Source: Candidatus Thorarchaeota archaeon (GTDB lineage: Archaea > Asgardarchaeota > Thorarchaeia > Thorarchaeales > Thorarchaeaceae). Taken from it: DNA of 23,907 nt. The position numbers were made by a program, and so were the translations under genes. The notes beneath the pieces were generated by a model. That model worked only from the letters and a program-made list of their open reading frames with translations. It was not told the origin of the DNA and made no database searches. The DNA is taken from positions 1 through 23,907 of the forward strand of contig PRDJ01000076.1 in NCBI GenBank assembly GCA_003345555.1, written 5' to 3'. This document shows positions 15,570 through 22,806 of this stretch, in pieces. Each line of letters begins with the position of its first letter. The stretch's first letter is position 1.

Positions 15570-15866
15570 CTACCGTTCTTCTCCACCCCCGAAGGCACCA
15601 CGAACCCAGTCGATTTCACGTTGTCTGCCTTTTCTCGGCTTGTCGAACTTGCCCGCCTCGACTGCTACTACCACATCTCGAATTCCGAGCGTACCGTTCT
15701 TTATGTACAGTGTTACAAGTAGTTCGTGGCCATTGTCACACTGGGTCAGGAGAGTTGGCGATCGCCCTTTGTCAACAATGCTTTTCTTGATCGACTCGAC
15801 TTCGTCATCCTTCAGAGTCATGGAAGCGGCAGAAGAGCATTCAGGACACGAAAGCATGAGCTGCAT
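15570..15866 (-). CDS. Small zinc-ribbon-like protein (CxxC...CxxxH)
   Basis: LSCPECS and TQCDNGHELLV give a C3H ligand set. First gene of the operon, 14 nt before the next ORF. Confidence 0.65.
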   Translation of the reverse strand: MQLMLSCPECSSAASMTLKDDEVESIKKSIVDKGRSPTLLTQCDNGHELLVTLYIKNGTLGIRDVVVAVEAGKFDKPRKGRQREIDWVRGAFGGGEER

Positions 15867-16063
15867 AGGAGGGACCTCTGTTCACGCACTCGTTTCTTCA
15901 AGAGCCGGCTCCGGCCTTACTCCCACCTCGAGTGCACACCGTATTTAACGAAATCTGGTGCCAATCGTATGAGACCGTCTGCAGTGTTCATACGGAAGAC
16001 TGATCGAAACTCACATGAGCTGAACCATGATAATCGGGGACGCCATGTGTCTATGAGAATACT

Positions 16064-16074
16064 TATGTAACATA
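16064..16074. promoter_or_regulatory. Palindromic site TATGT-A-ACATA in the AT-rich iorA promoter region
   Basis: 11-bp dyad 56 nt upstream of the iorA ATG, flanked by TATGA (16052) and TCATA (16079). Confidence 0.3.
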
Positions 16075-16129
16075 TTATTCATAATGCGCCGAGTCATCTG
16101 ACTCTACGAGACCGGGGACTGAATGGATC

Positions 16130-18067
16130 ATGACCGTCGAAGATGTCACAAGGACTGATAGCGGTAGGGCGTTAATGCTTGCCAACGAGGCAGTAGTTCG
16201 AGCAGCCCTAGAAGCTGATGTGAAGGTAGTAGCCTGCTATCCGGGCAGCCCGACTTCTGAGATACTGGATACTTTCAGCGAGGTTCTTCCGCATTTCGGC
16301 GACTACAGGATGCAGATAGCAGCAAACGAGAAAGTGGCTCTCGAGACCGTTGCCGGGGCATCGATGGCGGGCTTGAGATCTTTGACATCGATGAAGAGCG
16401 TCGGCATGAATGTAGCCAGCGACGCGCTTTTCAGTATTGCTTACACAGGAGTGAACGCAGGGTGTGTCTGCATAGTTGCAGATGATCCACACGCGCACTC
16501 GTCTCAATCCGAACAGGACGGCCGTCATTTCGCAGAGCCATCGTACACGCCAATGATCGAACCGTCAACGGCGCAAGAATCCTATGAGATGACAAAATGG
16601 GCCTTTGAAATATCGAGCAAGTACAAGACCATAGTCATGATAAGAACGACTACGAGAGTCAACCATCAACGAGGCTTGGTCAAGCTCGGCGACCTGAAGC
16701 GCACGCCTTTCAAGAAGAACAAATGGTCAGAGGTCAAAGGCCAATACTTCACTGTTGGCGCGATAGCAAGAGAACTAAAGGCGAAGCTCCTCAAGAAGAT
16801 TGATGACATAAGACCAGAGTTCGAGCAATCGAAGTTCAACATACTCGAAGAAGGACAAGGCAGAATTGGAGTCATCACCGGAGGAGTTTCCTATCTTCAT
16901 AGTAAGGAAGCCATGAGGAACCTCGGTGTCAGTCTGCCCACTCTGAAGATAGGGACTGTCTATCCCCTTCCTGAGAAGAAAATAGCGGCTTTTCTCAAGC
17001 GGCTCGACACAGTAATCGTGGTGGAAGAACTGACTCCGTATCTCGAACTGCGAGTGACCGCCATTGCCAAGGATGCGAACCCGAAGATACGGATCATTGG
17101 GAAGCGCAGTGGAGACTTCAGCGAGATGCTCGAGTACAATGTGCCCATCGTTGAGAAGGCTCTCGCCAAGTTTCTCAAGAAGCCTTTGAGCCTTGATTAT
17201 GATGCGGTCACAAAGCGTGCAGACCAACTGAAGTCAATCCTGCTCGAGCGCAATCCCATCTTCTGTCCAGGCTGTCCACATAGAGGGACACTCTGGGCAA
17301 TCAGGCAGGCGCTATCACGCCTCCGGATTCGAGATAAGATAGTGTACAACAACGACATTGGCTGCTATTCGATGGCTATGCTTGCTCCGAACAACTTCAG
17401 TGACTCGATGTTGTCTATGGGATCTTCTGTTGGGCTTTCCGCGGGCATGGAGATGGCACTGGATGACAAAGTCATAGCAATGGTCGGCGACTCGACTCTC
17501 TACCATGCGGCTCTGCCCGGGATTGTGAACCTGATCCATCACAATGCCAATGTGACACTATTCGTACTCGACAATAGCATTACCGCAATGACAGGTCAGC
17601 AATACAATCCCAATAGCCCCTTGGACGCTGGAGAGCAGCCGGCAAGGAAGATAATCATGGAAAAGATGTTTGAGGCTCTCGGGTCCGACAGCATAACGGT
17701 AATCGACCCTTACCACACTCGCGACTGTGTGAAGCCAATCATGGATGCTCTGCAGGCTAAGGGGTTCTCTGTTGTCATATCGCGACGCGAATGTGCGCTC
17801 TATGGGGATCATCTTCGAAGAGAAAGCGAAGTGCCAATAGTCCGAAGCGTGAACGACAAGACCACTTGCCGCAGCATATACAACTGTGTAAAGGAATTCT
17901 ACTGCCCTGCAATCACAGTTGACGAATCAGATTCCAAGATGCGTATTCAGACTGACCTCTGCGACGGCTGTTTGGAGTGCCGCCAAGTATGTCCAACCAG
18001 TGCTCCTGCGCACGTTGATGGAACAACCGAAGGGCCGGCACATATGAGCAGTGGAACTCCGGGGTGA
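16130..18067 (+). CDS. iorA: Indolepyruvate:ferredoxin oxidoreductase alpha subunit
   Basis: ANEAVVRAALE, YPGSPTSEI, NEKVALE, SMKSVGMNVASD, DDPHAHSSQSEQD, FCPGCPHR, DIGCYS, TPP motif GDSTLYH...LDNSITAMTGQQ, and a C-terminal ferredoxin domain (CDGCLECRQVCP). Confidence 0.95.
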   Translation: MTVEDVTRTDSGRALMLANEAVVRAALEADVKVVACYPGSPTSEILDTFSEVLPHFGDYRMQIAANEKVALETVAGASMAGLRSLTSMKSVGMNVASDALFSIAYTGVNAGCVCIVADDPHAHSSQSEQDGRHFAEPSYTPMIEPSTAQESYEMTKWAFEISSKYKTIVMIRTTTRVNHQRGLVKLGDLKRTPFKKNKWSEVKGQYFTVGAIARELKAKLLKKIDDIRPEFEQSKFNILEEGQGRIGVITGGVSYLHSKEAMRNLGVSLPTLKIGTVYPLPEKKIAAFLKRLDTVIVVEELTPYLELRVTAIAKDANPKIRIIGKRSGDFSEMLEYNVPIVEKALAKFLKKPLSLDYDAVTKRADQLKSILLERNPIFCPGCPHRGTLWAIRQALSRLRIRDKIVYNNDIGCYSMAMLAPNNFSDSMLSMGSSVGLSAGMEMALDDKVIAMVGDSTLYHAALPGIVNLIHHNANVTLFVLDNSITAMTGQQYNPNSPLDAGEQPARKIIMEKMFEALGSDSITVIDPYHTRDCVKPIMDALQAKGFSVVISRRECALYGDHLRRESEVPIVRSVNDKTTCRSIYNCVKEFYCPAITVDESDSKMRIQTDLCDGCLECRQVCPTSAPAHVDGTTEGPAHMSSGTPG

Positions 18068-18071
18068 TAGA

Positions 18072-18695
18072 ATGAAGGACACTTATGATATCATGTTCTG
18101 CGGCGTTGGTGGCCAAGGACTCATGCTTCTGTCTGCAATCTTAGGCAAAGCGGCAGTCGACTCGGGTCTGGAAGTGATGACGGGCGAGCAACATGGCCTG
18201 TCACAACGACACGGCTCCATCTATGTCCATTTTAGAGTTGGCAAGCCAATCTCTCCACTTATTCCATATGGCAAGGCTGACCTCGTAATTGCCATGGAGG
18301 CAACAGAGGCCCTAAGATACGTTGAGTACCTGAGGGATGACGGAGTTGTCATAATGAGCAAGAGGATAATGCCCCCACCTTCGGAGACTGGAGCAGTAGC
18401 CCTAGACAAAGAGAAGAAGAGAAAGTACGTCACAGTCGACCAAATCGTCGAGAGGCTTAATGCAGTGACGCACAAGATAGTTGCCCTGGATTCTCTTGAG
18501 CTTGCAACGAAAGCCGGAAATCCCCTTACGGAAAACTCAGTGCTAGTCGGAGCGGCTTGCGCTTGTCCGGACTTCCCTATTCCCACCGAAGCCGTCAGAA
18601 AAGCCCTGCTCTCATTAGTGCCAAGGAAGACCGTCGAAGCAAACTCGGCCGCGTTCGATCTCGGTCGACAAGCCGGCGGTACGTGTCTGGGGTGA
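18072..18695 (+). CDS. iorB: Indolepyruvate:ferredoxin oxidoreductase beta subunit
   Basis: CGVGGQGLML, EQHGLSQRHGS, SPLIPYGKAD, EALRY, NSVLVGA, N..AFDLG. ATG at 18072 with a GGGGTGA SD. Confidence 0.93.
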   Translation: MKDTYDIMFCGVGGQGLMLLSAILGKAAVDSGLEVMTGEQHGLSQRHGSIYVHFRVGKPISPLIPYGKADLVIAMEATEALRYVEYLRDDGVVIMSKRIMPPPSETGAVALDKEKKRKYVTVDQIVERLNAVTHKIVALDSLELATKAGNPLTENSVLVGAACACPDFPIPTEAVRKALLSLVPRKTVEANSAAFDLGRQAGGTCLG

Positions 18696-18796
18696 AGGAG
18701 CCCTATCTCAAGTTTCGCTGGTGCCAACACCTACTTGATGAACCAGTCGAATAGAGATATTAGAAAGGGTTTGCACGGTCCATCTGAGGAAAATCG

Positions 18797-19810
18797 TTGA
18801 GCGTTCCTAGGCTCTGTGACACTATCGTAATAGGCGGAGGCCCCGCTGGCTGCTCGGCAGCACTTCATCTCGCATATCATAAACGATCTGTCCTAGTTCT
18901 TGACAGAGGAACCAGCCCCATGTGTTTTCATACTAACTCTATCATGAACTTCGCCGCAGGACCCACCTACTTCGAGGGGCGAACTCTGCTGCGTCAGCTC
19001 CAAGGGCTTGCCCAGTCAGCAGGGGCAGTCTTCAAGGCGGCCAACGTTGCTGAAGTGAGCGGACGGTACCCCGAGTTCAAGCTCAGAACAGAAAAGAGCT
19101 ATAGAACGAATGACGAATCTGAGTATAGGTGCAAGACCCTGATATTCGCCACCGGCACAGCCCGCAAACATCCTCTAGTGGACGGCAAATGGAGACTGTG
19201 GCTACCCGTAGCTGACGTTGGCAACGCGGCCTTCTACTGCCCGGACTGTGAAGCGCCGTTGTGTCGCGACAAAGATGTGCTTGTTGTTAACGCAGGCTCG
19301 GTTGGCAGCGCCCTGCATGTCGCAAACGCGGTCAGCAGATTTGCCAAGAGAGTAAGAATCCTCATGACAGAGGATGCGTACGTTCCCTTCGAGGAGCAGG
19401 ACCAGAGCAAACTCAATGCCGCTCCTTTCGAGTGGATTCACGGCAAGATAAGGTCTGTCGAGTTCCCGAGACCTGGCAGGGTACAGTCTTTGACTCTCAC
19501 CAATGGTGAGAAAATCAAAACAGAGGTCTTCCTCGTTGCCCACGTGGCAAGAGCAAGGTCTGAACTTGCACAGAGCATCGGCATTCAAGTTGACGAAAAG
19601 GGAAACATCATTACAGATCACAGAGGCAAGACCAACATCGAAGGAGTTTGGGCTGCAGGAGACGTAAGACCAATTACTCAGCAAGTGGCCATGGCAGTAG
19701 GCACAGGGAATTACGCCGCTTTGATGATTGACCAGTTCCTTGGTAACGATTACGAAAGCGAACAAACGTTCGATCACCCCGAATGCAGAGGCCTCTTGCA
19801 TCCAGACTAA
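18797..19810 (+). CDS. TrxR-like FAD-dependent disulfide oxidoreductase with degenerate NAD(P)H-binding site
   Basis: IVIGGGPAGCSAA, IFATG, active site FYCPDCEA, TNIEGVWAAGDV...QQVAMAVGTG. The second dinucleotide motif reads VLVVNAGSVGSA and ILMTED. Confidence 0.85.
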   Translation: MSVPRLCDTIVIGGGPAGCSAALHLAYHKRSVLVLDRGTSPMCFHTNSIMNFAAGPTYFEGRTLLRQLQGLAQSAGAVFKAANVAEVSGRYPEFKLRTEKSYRTNDESEYRCKTLIFATGTARKHPLVDGKWRLWLPVADVGNAAFYCPDCEAPLCRDKDVLVVNAGSVGSALHVANAVSRFAKRVRILMTEDAYVPFEEQDQSKLNAAPFEWIHGKIRSVEFPRPGRVQSLTLTNGEKIKTEVFLVAHVARARSELAQSIGIQVDEKGNIITDHRGKTNIEGVWAAGDVRPITQQVAMAVGTGNYAALMIDQFLGNDYESEQTFDHPECRGLLHPD

Positions 19811-19910
19811 ACGCCTATAGCCCGAATGGCAGTTTGCGTCGTAGCTTGGTGCATAGGTTTTTAAGGTAGTTTACTATTGTTAACCCATCGCATAGAAAGG
19901 AGCAGAGAGA

Positions 19911-20399
19911 ATGGCAACAACTGAGAGTCGAAAGATATCGGACCTGCTCAAGCAGCAAATATCAGTTGAGACACAAACCCTTGACACAGTCAAGCAGGAA
20001 GAAGATAGTGCCGCGGAGGCCGCGGTCAAGCTCGTGCTCATGGACGTTAGAATGGATACAGCGAAGCACGCCGAGTTCCTGCGAGGAATTGTTGATATGT
20101 TGGAAGAGATGCCGTGTGACCAATGGAGTGCGAAGGTGCAGCGTTACGTGGACCGAGTCAAGCTGCAAAGGAAGCTGAAGGAAATCGTAGCTCAAGAAGA
20201 CACCATGACCGACCTTGTATCCAAGGCCCTGAAGCTCACGAAAGATCCGATTGCACAGCTTCTGTTGACCCACCTCAAGGAAGACGAACAGAAACATAGC
20301 AGGAACCTGAATGAGATTGCTCGCCTTATTCAGATGTCGCCGCTTCAAAGCAAGAAAGGACAGAAGGGAACGGACATCGTTTGCGCAACAGATGAGTAG
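19911..20399 (+). CDS. Second ferritin-like four-helix-bundle protein
   Basis: E20...DTAKH / E96...DEQKH duplication. GGAG SD, with a TTTTTAAG TATA-like box at 19858-19865. Confidence 0.75.
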   Translation: MATTESRKISDLLKQQISVETQTLDTVKQEEDSAAEAAVKLVLMDVRMDTAKHAEFLRGIVDMLEEMPCDQWSAKVQRYVDRVKLQRKLKEIVAQEDTMTDLVSKALKLTKDPIAQLLLTHLKEDEQKHSRNLNEIARLIQMSPLQSKKGQKGTDIVCATDE

Positions 20400-20499
20400 T
20401 GCAAAGACAGATGCATTTTGAGGAGACTTGGAATCTGTGACCTAATGGCGGGGTACCTAAGGTACACTTGCCTACAATAATGATTACGAGGTGCGAAAT

Positions 20500-20976
20500 G
20501 TGCCAACACTAAGTGACGTTCGGACTGACTGCGCTTCCTGTACTCAGTATATCGAGAACATGAAGCCTTCATACAGAGGGGGTTTCAAAAGGCTGGCTCA
20601 AGAATACAAGTTGGACAAGAAAGTCTTAGAAAAGCTCAGACCTTACGCAAAGGACTACATCCTTGTGGCTCTGTTTGCCGACTGGTGCAGCGATGCGGCG
20701 AAAGCAGTGCCCGTCCTCTCTTTGCTCGAGAAAGAAATCGGTATAGAGATTAGGGCTCTTGGAGGCATGGAGAAGCCGCCGTATGGTTCACCGAAGTTCT
20801 GGGCAGTGCCGCCAAGTCCGAAAGAGGTAGACGTCTTCGGTATTACTAGCAGTCCCACGATAATCGTGTTCAAGAAGACTGGGGAAGAGGTTGGACGAAT
20901 AAAGACGAAGCCAAAAATGACCCCAACAGTTGAAGCTGAAATCCTGAAGATAATCGAAGACAGTCGGAAAGTCTAG
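20500..20976 (+). CDS. Thioredoxin-fold protein (Thioredoxin_9-like) with WCSDA active site
   Basis: LFADWCSDAAKAVPVL...SSPTIIVF...GEEVGRI. GAGGTG SD 6 nt before the GTG at 20500. Extra N-terminal CASC. Confidence 0.8.
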   Translation: MPTLSDVRTDCASCTQYIENMKPSYRGGFKRLAQEYKLDKKVLEKLRPYAKDYILVALFADWCSDAAKAVPVLSLLEKEIGIEIRALGGMEKPPYGSPKFWAVPPSPKEVDVFGITSSPTIIVFKKTGEEVGRIKTKPKMTPTVEAEILKIIEDSRKV

Positions 20977-21102
20977 GGTATCGGCGGGACAAAGGCATCT
21001 CCATCGACCGATAGGCCTGAAGACATTGTCATCATACCTGTCATTATTCCATTGGTTGATTCAAGACAGGTAATGGATCTAGTAATGAAATCCTCAAGCG
21101 TC

Positions 21103-21609
21103 CTATCTGTTTTTCCTAATTAGGCTTCTATCTGCGAGGCTCTGGCTATTCCGCAGTTGAAGTAGATGCTGGTATTGCCAGTCTCTCTCTCTTGCTATTG
21201 CAGCATCGGCATCAGAGGAGTTGGTGGCTCTATGAATAGCCTGTAAGGCATAATTCGCAGCACCAATAGAATGAGTGCGAACATGTGCAGTTGCCACCGC
21301 TTGACCTGCGGCACGGGCGGCAGAGCGAGCCGCATTATCTTGTCCTACCTCACGAGCAGCCGCATGAGCATCAAGTGCAGCTTTGCGCACGTCTGCCATC
21401 TTGAATATCCCAGTATGTATCCATTTTCGGAGTGCTTCAATGGCTTTCCGGGGGCGGTGGTCTTCTGGATATTTCTCTTCGAAGTATGGCATGACACGCT
21501 CGACACAATCAACCGCCCAGACGGCTAACGTCCTAGGGTCAGTTTTTCTCACAAGGTCTACAATTGACTCGTCTTTGTGTGTAACTGAGAATCCTGTTTT
21601 TTCTCCCGT
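21103..21609 (-). CDS. Imm5-like putative immunity protein; start at GTG 21552 (track) or ACG 21609 (proposed)
   Basis: LAVWAVDCVERV...YPEDHRPRKAIEA...W...AHAAAR...AARAAGQAVATAH...HSIGAANYA matches a widespread family. The frame is open a further 23 codons upstream of 21552. Confidence 0.7.
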   Translation of the reverse strand, partial: TGEKTGFSVTHKDESIVDLVRKTDPRTLAVWAVDCVERVMPYFEEKYPEDHRPRKAIEALRKWIHTGIFKMADVRKAALDAHAAAREVGQDNAARSAARAAGQAVATAHVRTHSIGAANYALQAIHRATNSSDADAAIARERDWQYQHLLQLRNSQSLADRSLIRKNR

Positions 21610-21798
21610 ATTCTCGCCTCTTTACAGGTGGTTTTTCTCCACTTTTTCTGGATCCTCTCTCCCACTCATGACGATTCGCAATTGCCCGTGCCCCGGACTC
21701 CAGAACCGTAGGGATTTGGGCTTCATTTGATGTGCTTGAACTCGTAAGACAGATTGTCCATCCGTCTAGTACTTAAAGACTGACGCGGACTGTAATCT

Positions 21799-22806
21799 GT
21801 GGCATTGTGCACCTCAACCATCGACTGGCTCCTCCAACCTGAGAACCCATCGGTTCGTTATCGTACTCTCATAGATCTCCAAGGGCTTGTACCCGGCGAT
21901 TCAGAAGTCGAAGCAGCAAGACAGGCCGTTCAACAGAGCCAACCGGTGGCTGAGATTCTCAAACGCCAGTTGCCGGACGGCTCTTGGCGCGGAGCTCGGG
22001 GAGACCTTTGGGAAGAGAAAGGAACCGTGTTCTCGCTGTTGTTGTTGGGTGAGATGGGTCTGCAAGCTGGAGAAGCCACAGAAAGAGCTCTAGACTTCCT
22101 GCACGAACACTATCAGCTGCCAACGGGAAGGATAAAATACAGACCTGCCGATAGCCGGCAACGAGGACAGGACACCTCCACCTGGCTGTGGTGCATGACA
22201 GCCGTCGCTCTTCGGGCGGCCCTACTTCTCGGCCATGCGGATCATCCTCTGGCGCAGGCGGCTATAAACTTCCTCGAAGAAACCCACGAAGACAAAGGAG
22301 GATGGCATTGCTCTGTATATTCCGCCAACCCCATGAAGGTTCGTCCGCCGAACTGCTACATGGGTGGGATAAAGGCGCTGAGTGCTTTCTCGGCTATTCC
22401 ACCAAGTAGGAGGTCGAAGAAGCTTCGGGCAATCATCGATCAGGAGGTGGAGACTTGCCTCGACAATCATGTCTGTTTCTATCGCGTCAATCCCAAAGGG
22501 GAACCTGCGATCAAGCGTGCTTGGCTCAAGTTCGCTTTCCCCAGATACTGGAGAAGCGATGCCCTAGAGGCAACCGACGTTCTAACAAGCCTAGGAGTAA
22601 GCGATGAGCGCATGCATGAAGCTTATGACCTTGTTCGGACCAAGCAGCAGCCCGACGGATGTTGGCTTCTCGACTTCTCCGAGACCAAACGAGCCTGGGT
22701 ACAGATTGAAGAAGAAGGAGCGCCGAGCAAGTGGATAAGCTTGCGGGCCCTACGCGTTCTGAACAGTGAAGAAAAAGGAAGAACTCATCGTTCTGACACC
22801 CAGTAG
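21799..22806 (+). CDS. Prenyltransferase/squalene-cyclase (alpha/alpha)6-barrel superfamily protein of unknown function
   Basis: QW-like repeats RQLPDGSW, EDKGGW and KQQPDGCW. Also WLLQPENPSVRYRTL, NCYMG, FAFPRYWRSDALE and PSKWISLRALRVL. Confidence 0.75.
   Translation: MALCTSTIDWLLQPENPSVRYRTLIDLQGLVPGDSEVEAARQAVQQSQPVAEILKRQLPDGSWRGARGDLWEEKGTVFSLLLLGEMGLQAGEATERALDFLHEHYQLPTGRIKYRPADSRQRGQDTSTWLWCMTAVALRAALLLGHADHPLAQAAINFLEETHEDKGGWHCSVYSANPMKVRPPNCYMGGIKALSAFSAIPPSRRSKKLRAIIDQEVETCLDNHVCFYRVNPKGEPAIKRAWLKFAFPRYWRSDALEATDVLTSLGVSDERMHEAYDLVRTKQQPDGCWLLDFSETKRAWVQIEEEGAPSKWISLRALRVLNSEEKGRTHRSDTQ

Noticed and set aside
21799-22806. Prenyltransferase-fold protein acting as a Rab geranylgeranyltransferase for the GTPase
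   Set aside because: The GTPase has no C-terminal Cys, the genes are 8 kb apart, and no alpha subunit or escort protein is present.
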